From the human T2T-CHM13v2.0 reference genome, Homo sapiens, in assembly GCF_009914755.1 (NCBI RefSeq), contig NC_060934.1: a stretch of 64,000 nt of DNA; one strand, given 5' to 3'. Under the pieces are notes generated by a model, which saw only the letters and a program-made list of their open reading frames with translations, had not been told where the DNA came from and did not search any database. The first letter of the stretch is position 1. Every line of letters begins with the position of its first letter. Positions 1 to 14,148 of this stretch are shown piece after piece. Both the position numbers and the translations under genes were made by a program.

Positions 1-911
1 GTTCAGGTGGTACCAGTTTAATACCTGCAATATAAAGTGTGCTATCAACCTTCCTCCAAATAAACATCTTTTAATTATATGCTTACTGACAACAGATGTA
101 TTGACAATGAGTAACAGACTTGACCCTTCTTGACTCATACTCGCTTCAAATACATCCCTGCTTTCTATATTATTCCTTAGCCCTAGTTTGACATCAATTT
201 CATGCTTCAAAAACCCACTTTTAAAAACAGTGTTCTTTATATTCCATTTCTCCCAATGTGCTTATACAATCCTCTTTTTTTAAATTGATAGGCACTTTCC
301 TTCACTCTGTTTTTTTACGAAATGTAGAGTCATCAGTGTTTTAGAAACAGACTTTTTAACGAGGTCTGGGATGCACTTTAATTTTCTCTCTGCTGCAAAA
401 CTGCATTTTTGCAATGTGGCATTATCCATTTGATAGGTTCTGGTGGGCTTTCATACGTAAGATCCCGCGGGTCCAAGTAGGCTACACGGAGGAACTGCAG
501 CAATGTGTGAGTGGCCTCATGACACAGAACCACCTAGAACCTTGCAGTAATGAATGCTATTAAATTGACAATTATTAAAGTAGAATATGAATTAATATAA
601 AGTATAATAGGAATTAGTATAAAGTATAATAGGAATTAATTATTCCTAATTCATTAGACTTCAATTTTCAAATTCCCATTATTTATGTGACAAATAAATA
701 GCAAATAGTGTGTATGCTCATAAACCCCTTGAACCTCCTTTGCATGGGGAGATATTTAAGGTGGAGACAGGAAACCATTCAGAAAAAGTGTTTGGGGTAA
801 TAGAAATATTCTTTAGGCAGAAATTCAACAGGGCAATATTTATTTTTCAACTAAGCCCATGCATTTTTCACTAACCCCTTTCTACCTCTCCATGAAAGGA
901 CATTGGGAAGA

Positions 912-1080
912 AATAATGGTAGTAACTGCCATCCTGTGAGTGCTTATTGGGTGCCAATCACAGTAACAGACTTCACTGTCCCAAGGCTCTGAGAGATTAT
1001 ACAATTTGTACAAGATTACCCAGGTAGTAACTGTCAAAATTTGTCTGAAACAGACATCTCTTCAACATGACACCATTGCT
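912..1080 (-). mobile_element. MIR SINE fragment (degenerate)
   Basis: 'gagtgcttattgggtgcca...gctctgagagattatacaatttgtacaagattacccaggtagtaa' resembles the reverse MIR core/tail. Confidence 0.45.
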
Positions 1081-1090
1081 TTCCTTATAG

Positions 1091-1527
<437 letters not shown>

Positions 1528-1697
1528 AAGACAGAACTCTTTACAATGCAGAATTACAGATTGTAAAGACAGAACTCCTTACAATAACATACTAATGGCA
1601 GTGACAGAGGGCTACCAGACTAGCACTTACCAATGAGGAGCACATGATTAAAGAATGCAAAATGAAAACATAAAAGCAGTAATAGAAAAACAAATAG

Positions 1698-2077
<380 letters not shown>

Positions 2078-2711
2078 TCATCCAGAGAGAACAGATGGGT
2101 GGATAATCCCACACCCAGGCCAAACTTTTACTGTGTATTATTTGTAATTTGTTGCCTATATTTGTGCATAAAATAATTAAGTTTGGTTATTCTCAACCAA
2201 AAATTATTTGTTCTTATACATTTTCAAATGTGAAGACTCTCTTCAGTTACTATGAAGGGCAGCTACCTGTCCCAGGTGGACTTGACCAATATGTGTTGCC
2301 ACCTTCTAGGTGCTTTAACAAGGTAGAAGAGGTGAGAATCATTTTCACAAAGTGGCTCTCAAGTAGGAATAACACTTGAAAAACCAACTGTTAAGCATGA
2401 ATTAGAATAACACACAGAAGACTTAGTGAAACTGCTTATTCTTAGCATCAGCAAGCAATCTAGCCATTGCAAACATGCTATGCATATGAAATTTCTCTAC
2501 TTGACTACAGCAAAGACAGTGCTAACTATGTAACTTCTACTATTTTAAAACCAACATTTAATAACATCTCTGCTACATGATATGTTCTCCCTCCAAAAAA
2601 TGAAAGCATTACTGATAACGCAAAAATTTAACAGAGTTTCCCAGATAGTAGTGTAAAGCAAATGGTTCAAACGAGCTTTCATTTGCAGTCATTGAAGGGG
2701 AGGGAAATTTA

Positions 2712-2840
2712 TTTTTTGTAGAAATGGGGCCTCACTATGTTGCCCAAGCTGGTCTTGAACTCCTGGGCTCAAGCAATCAATCCTCCCAACTTGGTTTCCC
2801 AAAGTGCTGGGATTATAGACATGAGCCACTGTGCCAGGCC
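2712..2840 (-). mobile_element. FLAM (free left Alu monomer) with TSD
   Basis: Left monomer only; flanked by direct repeat gggagggaaattta. Confidence 0.9.
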
Positions 2841-3779
2841 AAAGGGAGGGAAATTTAGATTGAGAAGGTGTTGAGGATGAATCCTCTGGAATTTGTCTAA
2901 TTTTCAGTTTGCTTCTGTGGAGGAGCTCAGCCATGCATTATGTTAGTTAACAGCTCATGTCTGACGCCCATTAAAAGGAATTTCAGGGATCACGTAGTTT
3001 ATGGCCTGTCTGGAAGCAAGACCAGCAGGAATTGGATTTCCCAGGAGGTTGGCAATGGCATATACTTAAAAAAAGACCAAGGAGACAGTTTCTGCTTTTG
3101 TTTTTCTACAATTATTTCCCCTTCTGCAGGTTCTATAACTGGAATACTTTAGCTGTCCATTCTACTATTTAAAACCCAGTAAAATTTTCTGTGTCATGAT
3201 TATTACAAACATTTTTAGCTTTGTTTTTGTTGTCTTTTTCTGTAGGGATCCCATTAATTATGTCTATGAGAAGAAAACAAGATTAAAAGCTGTTCAGAGA
3301 AATGAGAAAATTTTTTCACATGGACAAAAAGTTGAGGTTGCCTTCATTACTGCTCTTCAAAAATCACTAATAGCTTGACTTATTTTTCTTTCTTCTTTTT
3401 GAACAGTTCAGTCATTTAAAAAAACTTTTAATGACCTTTAGTTCAAAAAAAGGCCATGTAAAAGTTCAGTATGGCAGAGAAACCTGGCTAAGGTTTCAGG
3501 GTGGTTATTTTCTGGGGAGTTAGAGGAATAAGCTTAGCTGTGTGGCATAATTATGAGTGGGTTTTTAAAAACTGAGTTTGCCTAGTAATGGCAAGGGAGA
3601 ATTTGAGAGGGTTGCAGGGAACAGAGAGAGGGCAGTGTCTTATTTTACATGGAAAATGGTTTATGCTGCATTTTGCCAGAATTATTGAGAGGTTCTCTGA
3701 TAGGCATTTGCCCAGATTCCTCCTCCCTTCTTTCTTTCCTCCCTTCTATTTTTGGGGGTGGGGGGACTGATTTTGTTGA

Positions 3780-4190
3780 GCATCTGAACTCACCTGCTTC
3801 CCTTCCCAAAGAAGCAAATAGAAAAAAGCCGGGTACTTGTCCTCACCCCCATCTCCACCAGCAAAGGGTGAGAACATGACTTGGCTTAACCAGTCATGTG
3901 TTCCTGGACCTTAGATTTAGGAGTGAGTGTCGCTGAGCAGCAGGGCAGCTTCAGTTTCTGAGGTGCCTGGTGGTGCCCAAGGGTGGTAGTTCCAGTGGCC
4001 ACACTTGTGTGCAGAGCTGGGGAGAAGGCTAGTGGTAGCAACAGAGGAGCTCAGGCATATTTCTGGGCCTGATTTTCTCTGGTCTTGATGGCCAATTTAG
4101 GGAGTTACTCAATGTGCTTTTAACATCTGCTTTTCTGCTTTGGTCCTTCAGAGTGGGTTTCTATTGCAGCAACTAAGACTCCATGTGATA
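3780..4190 (+). mobile_element. Old ERVL-class LTR (LTR33/MLT1-like), degenerate
   Basis: 3' end 'ttttctgctttggtccttcagagtgggtttctattgcagcaactaagactcc' matches a typical ERVL/MaLR LTR terminus. Confidence 0.45.
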
Positions 4191-5667
4191 GACCCAGGCT
4201 CTTTCTGAGATTCAGACCTGGAGATCTAGAAGCGACCCTGAGCTTCTGTCACACAGCACAGAGGTATTCATTGGTAGAGGTGGCCTTTCTGAATCTGCCC
4301 CCTGACCCCTGTCCCTGATGTCTCTCAGACACTTTCCTTGCCCAAATCAAATGCGAGGGAGAATGATGTCATCACCAACAGCTCACAGAGAACAGAGTCA
4401 AAGATGCAACATTTCTAAAAGGAGATTAATGTCAGTTTCCAACTCTTACCATGATAGTTGTATTCCTATTCATTAATGGAGAATGGTAGCTCTGGAAATG
4501 GCCCCAGGTGTCTTGAGGTACAGGGCTGGGGATTCACTTAGCTAAGCCTGGTGGAAGACAAGCTTGTCAGTACCTTACAGTTAACTTTTCCTGATCCTTC
4601 CCAGGGGCCCACCGAATTCATTTATGGGTGGTGGAAAGTAGCCACGCAGAGCTCAGGATGGCTATTACCTGCTAAAACATTCTGAGACACAGCCTCTGAA
4701 AATGAGAATGTAATTTATCAAGCAGTGTGTGTTCAGTGATTCGGAAAGATCCATATGTGCTTTTGTTTCAGCCACTCTAATGAGAATGTGTCAACTTCAG
4801 TTCTATTCTTCTATCATCAGGCTTATTCCTGATTAAACCAGAGTAGCTGCTTTCCAGAGAGGCATGGTCTTCCTGCAGGGGTGCGCGAGCTTTCAGAGAG
4901 CCGCTGCTTCATTGTACAGGATCTTTGGGTTAGGACTGAGACCCTTTCAATTGTCAAAAACGAATATATTATTCCTAGAAGGAATTTGACAACATTCCAG
5001 TATCATTATCCACCACCAATTTGAGAAGGAAAAGCAAAAGGTCTAAGGCAATATCTTCAAGAGTGAATGATTTAAAGGAGGATGGGATGGATTGGAGCCG
5101 AAGGCCAATGCAAAACAAGATGTCACATTGTTTAACAGACCACAAGAAAATGACATTTCTTCCAATTCCCTGCTGAAATGAAGGTCAAATCTTCCCATCT
5201 GGAGACAACTGGTGTCCCAAGGGGACAGACTATTTTACAGTCTCAGGAACGTATTGTCCAACAAGTAGATGGTGAAATACACACACAGCTAGGGATTAAA
5301 TGTTCCACTTCAGGAAAGTGATCCTCACCCAAACCCAACAAAACCCTTATGCTTTTGTATAGAAAGAGAGACCCTGAGGACAAAAATTGGAATTTAGTGT
5401 GAGGCACATAATCTTTTTTCTTTTTTTCCAACTCAATACCCCATCTGCCTTAAGTGTAAAAAAAAAAAAATACAAGAAGCTGTATGGCAGCAGGAACTAA
5501 GCAGAGTTTTCTCCTCTCATAGCTGGATGTGCTCTAGGCAAGGATATGATTGTAATGCCTCATTTGTGAGGATGGAAGATTACAGAAACAAAGACAACAT
5601 GACCCGTACGCACTGCTCAGAATTTATCTCTCTGCCATCTCTCTTTGGGTGTCCAGAACCAAGATCC

Positions 5668-6013
<346 letters not shown>

Positions 6014-6208
6014 TAGGCTGAGCTTTTCACGCTGATTCCTGCATGAGCAATTTTCATTATACAATTTGCAATTCAGGGACAAACTATCACAAATATGCCT
6101 TATTTTGCTATTTGCTGGTCATGCTAAATGCTGGTCATTTAGCATTTGCTATATGCTAAAGACCATATCTTTAGTCTCTTAGGAAACTTTAACAATTTTC
6201 CACCCTTA

Positions 6209-6598
<390 letters not shown>

Positions 6599-6779
6599 TT
6601 CCATCTGTAAGATACTTCCCTTGTTTTTCTGCTTTGAATAATGTCTGTGTTTTCATTGGCTAGTTCCTACTGTTTTCTATTTATTAACATCCTGAGGAAG
6701 TCTCGAGATCGTTGGCAGTTTTAGCAAATTACAAGAATTTTGACAGCATGTCTGCCACATACCTTTTAATGTTCTGATA

Positions 6780-6945
6780 ATAATATGATAACTATTTATT
6801 TAGAGCCTACTATGTGCCAGGCACCATGCTAGGTGTTTTACATACATTATCCTTAATTTTCCTAACGAGGCTGCTCAATGTTGGTGTTATCACCCTCATT
6901 TTTAGGATTATGAAGCTCTGGCACAGAGATTAGCTAAGTCATTTC
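6780..6945 (-). mobile_element. MIR
   Basis: 'cctactatgtgccaggcaccatgctaggtgttttacatacattat' is the reverse MIR 3' part. Confidence 0.8.
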
Positions 6946-7607
6946 TGGACTCCGGCTGTTTTCTTGTTTAAAATTATACCTCTGTTTTATCTCGTGGATT
7001 CAGGGAGAGTCTTATCAGCTCCGTGGGGTGATTAATGCATGTTCCTGGTATTTCACTTCTTCGGGCATGCCTTCCTGCCATGTCAGTAATACCTCGTTCA
7101 ATTTTGTAATTGTTTCTGATCCCTTTCAAGTGAAAGCAGCTCAGCTCTTCCTTCAGCAGGGCATCAAAGTTGGCTGTTGGGGTTGATGGGCATTATCAGA
7201 GGCTGCAGATCACAAGAGGCTTCATCAAATAGACCGTGCTCTGGCTTCGGGAGGGCAAGCGATGTGGGCATTCCTTCCCGTCACTGTGATGGAACGTTTG
7301 TAATAATTATCTAATTTGCTATCTAAAGCAGTGTTTGAGTCAAAGCCTTAACACTGGGTGAATACTGCCTATTAGCTATTTGAAACCTTGTATTGAAATT
7401 TCTAGAAACCCCAAAAGTAGTGTGTGCCTTTAAGCACACAAAATTATACTTTTCGAAATGCTGAGTTAGTCAAGAGTCAGCATGCACATTAAATGAATTG
7501 AGTTCTTTAACATTTCTCACAATGCTATCAAAATAATACATATATGAAATGTATAAGCCATGAATTTTAAAATATGGGTACAAAATGAGCAATTTAGAAA
7601 GCAATTA

Positions 7608-7742
7608 CTTTTTTTTTTTTTTTTAAGAGACGGGGTTTTGTCGTGTTACCCAGGCTGGTCTCAAACTCCTGGATGCAAATGATCCACCCACCTCGGCCTC
7701 CGAAAGTGCTGGGATTACAAGTGTGAGCCACAGCACCTGGTC
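7608..7742 (-). mobile_element. FLAM / Alu left monomer
   Basis: Poly-T then gagacggggttttgtcgtgttacccaggctggtctc...gagccacagcacctggtc. Confidence 0.9.
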
Positions 7743-8485
7743 AAGATTTTTAAAATAATATTTCCCCAAATGAGAAGACTCCCCCAAAATATATTCCTTG
7801 GGATGTTAACTCCATAAGTTGTTACCCTCAAAACAGAAGTTAAAGGGTGAAATGGCTCTGGGAGACAGTGTATATTGTCACTGGAAAAGTGACAGTGCAT
7901 GTTCGTGTGTTACAGGATCTGAGGCCCTCTGCCACAAGAGATCTGTGGTTTCCTTAAACCCATCATTTTTCAAGTGTATTTGACCATGGAAAATTGTATT
8001 GGGTAATACCTTTTAGCAGACTACCCTTTGGGAAATGCTGGACAGTTAAAATGGAAAGAAAGAGACCAGCGGAAACTTTTCCAATGTGGAGTCTTCTACC
8101 AAAGCGGTCTTGAGAATTCTATTCCCTTTAGTCAGAGTTATTGCAGCTTCAAGCCTACGAAATGAAATTTTGGAGTCTCTCAGCATAGGCAAGTTTGTAC
8201 GGATATGCATGTGGTTAGCCCTAGGCCACATCCCAACAGCCTGGCACATGTAATGTGCACCAGCTTCCCCCATCGCCGCTTCTTGATGGCATTCTCGGCA
8301 GCCAGAGAAAAAATCCTGTGGCCTCCATCCTTTCTCTCACCAAATGCAAGAGCCTGGTAAAAACTGAATAATCGTCCTGTTATTTGTTTTTTACACAAAA
8401 TTTGGTGTGTCAAATCATCTACAGTAAATCATCTACAGATGTAAATCTGTACTTTACTACAGAGTAAATAATCTACAGTATACAC

Positions 8486-8807
<322 letters not shown>

Positions 8808-10104
8808 TAAAAAATGGGAAAATGCTACATTACAGCATCCTAGAATCAGTCTTAAGGTCAGTTTGTGTGAGCTGATCTTTTTAGACCTATTGAACAAGAA
8901 AGACTTGTTTATGTTGCAACCTATTGCATTACATTTGTTTTGAATATGAACAGCATTTCATGTCCTTACAGCTTTTCCACACCCTGTTGTATCATTCTTA
9001 GGAGCTATTCCAATTAGACCAGGGTCCTTTCATGCTAGCCAAACCTCCTCCAAAAAAGGCACCCTGGTCAGTTTTCATAAGTGCTTTTGTTTATATTACA
9101 AGTTTCCAAATGGGAAAGGTGACAAGATAGAGTATAGGAAGGCTCTATTGTCTACACATCAATAATTCTGAATTTAAAAGGAGATTGCATGTCTTTCAGC
9201 TATCCTTAGAGGTGGGAAACAGATGAGGATTTCTTATGCTTAAATTCTGCCGTATGGCCTCTCGCCAGCTTCCTTAGAAGGCCCTGCCCAAGCTTCCAGT
9301 GTTAGCAGCAGGCTTGTGATGTGTAACCTCTGAAAGAGTCCCTCTGATCTGGACGAGTACACTGTCCCCCTTGTTGAGATGGAGTCTGGAAGAAGGTATT
9401 CATGGGCCTCTTGGAATCTCATTCAGCCTAATGTACTTGGAAATGAATTCGCTTGTCAGAGAACAATTGACAAAAGAAAGAGAAAATCTTGATTAAATTT
9501 CAGGTCTAAAAAAAAAGCTGCTTGTAATCACTTCTTAAAATGGTACGCTCTTTCATCATTGAACTCACAGGAATGTGCAGGCCTGAAATTTGGTCAGTCT
9601 TCTTTTAAAGATACGCTTGTAAAGTCTGTGTAGTACTTTGCCATCTAAAACAAAACCAAACAAATCTAGCAAAAAAGCAAACAAAAAAAGCCAAGTTTAT
9701 TTCACAGAAAAAATGTATTTCTTTCTAAGCCTTTCCCTACAATAGTTCAGGAATAATACAGTTTTCTTTACAGTGAAAATATTTTATTAGGAATTTTTTT
9801 AGCTTTCAGGGAAATATCCAGCCCAGAGAGAGTCTTGACTATGGAGTCATGTTTGTGCCTTCGAGTGACAAGTCCTATGAGATTCTCATTAAATACCATT
9901 ATCAGTGAGGGCTGCAAAGTGTGACCCGAGTCTGAGCCTGCTTCTGCTGTCATTTCTGCATGGCCAAGTTAATCAATTGCCTCCATGGCACTCAGCCTGT
10001 GTAGCAGGGAGAGACTAGAAATCTGCCAAAGTGAAAATTACTAGAACTTGGAATTACCAGGCAAATCAATACACACACACATACACACACATGCGCATAA
10101 TGGG

Positions 10105-10536
10105 AATTGGTTGCAAATTGAGTTTCCCGGAGAGCTGACTCTGAGATGGAAATTAATTTGTAGGATACTTATTAATGAACTTGGGATTGACACCTCTGGA
10201 AGGCAAAGCAGCAAGTTGGGCAGTGGAGAAGCTGGGCTGAGATGCAGTCTCAACAAAGGCCTCAGTCAACCCTGTGCGAAGCTCTGATGCTGGGATAGTC
10301 CTTCAGCATTGTCCCAGTTAGCCAGGGGGCTGTGTCTTTAGACCTCTGTTGACCATTCATTGGGTTGGTCTGCCCTGGGGAAGGGGCATGACCATGGGTG
10401 AGGTGGCTCTTCAGCTGAGGCAGTTCCTGAAGGGGACTGACAGCCAAGTGCCTTCTGGCAGCCAAATATACAGCAACTAGGGGAGAGCCCTTCGTCCTGG
10501 AGGGGGATCAGGACGTGTAGCAGAGCGTGCACTGCA
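10105..10536 (-). mobile_element. LTR16-family (ERVL) solo LTR
   Basis: 'ctgactctgagatggaaattaatttgtaggatacttatt...cagctgaggcagttcctgaagggg' matches reverse LTR16-type consensus; preceded by (CA)n at ~10070-10092. Confidence 0.7.
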
Positions 10537-11052
10537 AAACTCTCCAGTTTTGTTGTCTGATACAGTGTAAGTCAATTAATGAACCTATGGAAACAGAGCT
10601 CTATTAGGGCAGAATGTTGTGTTCTTGAAGACATCTTCATGACTCAGGAGAGGCAGTAATGGTTGGCAGCTGTCAGCAATAGTGCTACTTTCTACAAGCT
10701 GGGGACAAGCATGGCTGTTACCACACTTACACTTGCCTGGAAGGTTGGGGAGCACAGTTTTGATGGTAAAGAGTCTGATAAATGATGTCTCAACTTGGCC
10801 TTGGCATTTTTTCTCTGCTGCCCTGACATAGGTCCACCCTTCCCTCACCACGATGTCCCCTCCTCTCACCCCCATACTTCATCTTGTCCCATGGCCCCAT
10901 TTATCCCCTAAGGCACATGATTTTCTGGCACATTTAGTATTCTTTTAAATAATATTTTTGTTTATGAACATCCCTTTGATATCTTTTGTATTATATTTCA
11001 TCTTTGGTAGTGAAATTCTGACAACAAATAATACTATTAAACTTGTTAAAGT

Positions 11053-11346
<294 letters not shown>

Positions 11347-11384
11347 TGAGCTTTTTCTTTTGTTACTATGAAAGCAGATGTAAG

Positions 11385-11605
11385 ACTTACGTGCAAAATA
11401 GATACCCGGAGTTTGAACCCAGCCCACCACTTACCTGCTGTGTCCATTGGGCAAGTTGTTAACTCTTCGTGCCTCAGTTTCTTCATCTATAAGGAGAGAT
11501 TAAAACAGCACTTTTAACGGGTTGTTATGAGAAATAAGTTACTATTTGTAAAATATTTAGGACAGTACCTGGCAAATAGTAAATATTATATAAATATTTT
11601 CTAAC
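11385..11605 (+). mobile_element. MIR
   Basis: ccacttacctgctgtgtccattgggcaagttgttaactcttcgtgcctcagtttcttcatctataa MIR core. Confidence 0.9.
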
Positions 11606-11689
11606 TAAAAGGTAAGTTAAAATATTCCAGGCATGGTGTCTATATTTATGTAGAAAGGGAGAGGATTTAGAAGAGGGAAAAAGGGATTC

Positions 11690-11900
11690 ACATTGTTAAC
11701 CACCTTCTATGTGTGAGAGACGGGGCTAAGAAACAGATTACTTAACCTTCATAATAGTCCTATGATGCAGATATAAACTCCTCCTTACAGATGAAGAAAT
11801 TAAGGTCTGCACAGTTTAAATTCAACACCATTATGGAGCTGGTGAGTGGAGAGCTGGAATTCAAAACCAAGTAGGCCTGACGTTAGTGCCTTTGTTAGTT
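11690..11900 (-). mobile_element. MIR
   Basis: ttacagatgaagaaattaagg...agtggagagctggaattcaaaacc reverse MIR core. Confidence 0.75.
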
Positions 11901-11932
11901 CTACTTGTCTCCTCCTATTCCCACTCTTTCTT

Positions 11933-12137
11933 TCTTTAATTATGTTTTCTTTTTAAAATTATACTTAAGTTCTGGGATACATGTGCAGAACGTGCAGGTT
12001 TGTTCCATAGGTATACGTGTGCCATGGTGGTTTGCTGCACCCATCAACCTGTCATCTACATTAGGTATTTCTCCTAATGCTATCTCTCCCCTTGCCCACC
12101 AGCCCCCGACAGGCCCCAGTGTGTGATGTTCCACTCC
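11933..12137 (-). mobile_element. L1PA7/8-type 3' end, severely 5'-truncated, with TSD
   Basis: aagttctgggatacatgtgcagaacgtgcaggtttg...; perfect 13-bp TSD cccactctttctt at 11920-11932 and 12138-12150. Confidence 0.95.
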
Positions 12138-13597
12138 CCCACTCTTTCTTAGTGATATCCCCTCAAAGTAGTCTGGTGGTTTTCCATTTTCCAGTAAGCA
12201 AAAACTGATACACTCAGAAGTGATACAAACCAGAATTCTGAACTCCCATGAGAACTGCCCTCCGAAACTATTAGTTTCATTTTCTTTCTGTTATTACCTA
12301 AAACAAAGAGTAAGGACATGAAAAATATGACTTGACAACATCATTTATATTACTATTTTCCCCATATTATGAACTTCATGCCTAAAACAATACCTTTTAT
12401 GGCACAAGTTAGCCTATTTTGTATTGCTAGTTGCAAAAAGTACTCTTTGATTTTTAGGGTGTATGAGTGATCAGATAACTCATGAGCAAATATTTCTACA
12501 AGGAAGAAAACCCCAGCTGATAAGATTAATTCATAAGAAGTCACATTTTGATGCTAAAATAGTTTGATCTGAGATTCCAATTGACTACAAATTGCCAACT
12601 GTGCATACTTGTTGAAGATGTCATGTGTAAGTGAACCCTCTATTTGACAACCACTGTCAATGAGATTTGCAGAATATATACTGGTATGTTAATTTTCAAC
12701 TTAAAACTGCCAAGTGGTTGCTGGCATTGTGAAAGTAGCTGGCTTCCCTCATTTGAGCAAACTTTGCAAGGCCTATAAAAGGAAAAGAAATAATCACTTT
12801 TACCTACATGAACTTAACATACATTCCTGTAAGGGGAAGCTATTAGCTCCTCCCCTGAAAAAAGCCCCAGGAAGTGTTTGATTCAGACCTCATGAGATGT
12901 GAGAACTCTTACTTTAGCATTTTGGATTCAAGACTCTTTATTCACATCTACATGCAGACGTGACCTTTCCTTGTATATTCTGCAGGGAAATAGAGGATAA
13001 ATAGAAGGGAGTCACTTTATCACCCATGTGTCTCCCAATCACCAGCAGTGGTCAATGGACTTCTAAGGAGAAGTCCTCAAAGGGCTCGTGTTCCTGCTTG
13101 AAGGCTAATGCGGAGAAGCAGGTAGCTTGACCTTGATTGTATTTGGTCAATGTCATCTTGACAACAAGTAGTGGGAAGGAGAAGAGAGGTTGGTAGACTA
13201 ATGTTTTCAAAGCCATATCAGAAACAAAACATTGACAGAGGAAGTTTAAAACAGATCTAAGTCATAAGATCGAAAGACAGCCTTGACCCAGAAGCTTGAC
13301 CCTGAAACTCTACATCTCTTCCTCCAAATTTCCACCCAAGACTCTGCCTCATTTTCCATGTCCCACCATTAGTTCTGCCCGCTGGACTCACTGCACTAGC
13401 CTACAGAAGCCGTGAGAAATGTCCACGGTTGGAGAAGGTCTCACCACCAGTGCTGAGAAGCTAGAGGTGAAAGAGGAAGAGGAGGTTCAAGACCACTGCA
13501 GCATGGAAAGAATGTGTATTCCTGACATCTCAGCTTGAAACTGAATTTATTCCTCATGACAGAACTGTAAGAGATGGTACATAGACTCTTAAGCATT

Positions 13598-14148
13598 TCT
13601 TTTAAAATTTTTATTTTAGGTTTGGGGGTACATGTGAAGATTTGTTACGTAGATAAACATCTGCCATAGGGGTCTGTTGTACATATTATTCCATCACCTG
13701 CATATTAAGCTCAGTACCCAATAGTTATTTTTTCTGTTCCTCTCCCTCCTTCCACCCTCCCCACTCAAGCAGACCCCATTGTCTGTTGTTTCCTTATTTG
13801 TGTTCGTAAGTTATTTTTTAGCGCCCACTTACAAGTGAGAACATGCGGTATTTGGTTTTCTGTTCCTGTGTTAGTTTGCTAAGGATGATAGCCTCCAGCT
13901 CCATCCATGTTCCCACAAAAGACATGATTTCATTCTTTTTTATGGCTGCATACTATTCCATGGTGTGTATGTACCACATTTTAAAAATTCAGACTGTCTG
14001 TGGTGGACATTTAGGTCGATTGCATGTCTTTGCTCTCCCATATATTTGCTGCAGTGAATATTCACGTGCATGTGTCTTTATGGTAGAATGTTTTATATTC
14101 CTCTGGGTATGTACCCATTAATGGGATTGCTGGGTCAAATAATACTTT
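13598..14148 (-). mobile_element. L1PA13-16-type 3' end with TSD
   Basis: tttgggggtacatgtgaagatttgttac...; TSD gactct(t/c)aag(c/t)att at 13584-13597 and 14149-14162. Confidence 0.92.

Noticed and set aside
437-506. Plus-strand exon-like reading FWWAFIRKIPRVQVGYTEELQQC (tttgatag|...TGT|gtgagt)
   Set aside because: Weak acceptor, no partner exons found, peptide unrecognised; conflicts with the minus-strand reading of the same segment
8180-8413. 77-aa minus-strand ORF behind a ttttaccag acceptor-like site
   Set aside because: No recognisable domain or donor; length within chance expectation
12803-12825. 23-nt minus-strand micro-exon (ccccttacag|...TAG|gtaaaa)
   Set aside because: Weak donor and very short; likely chance
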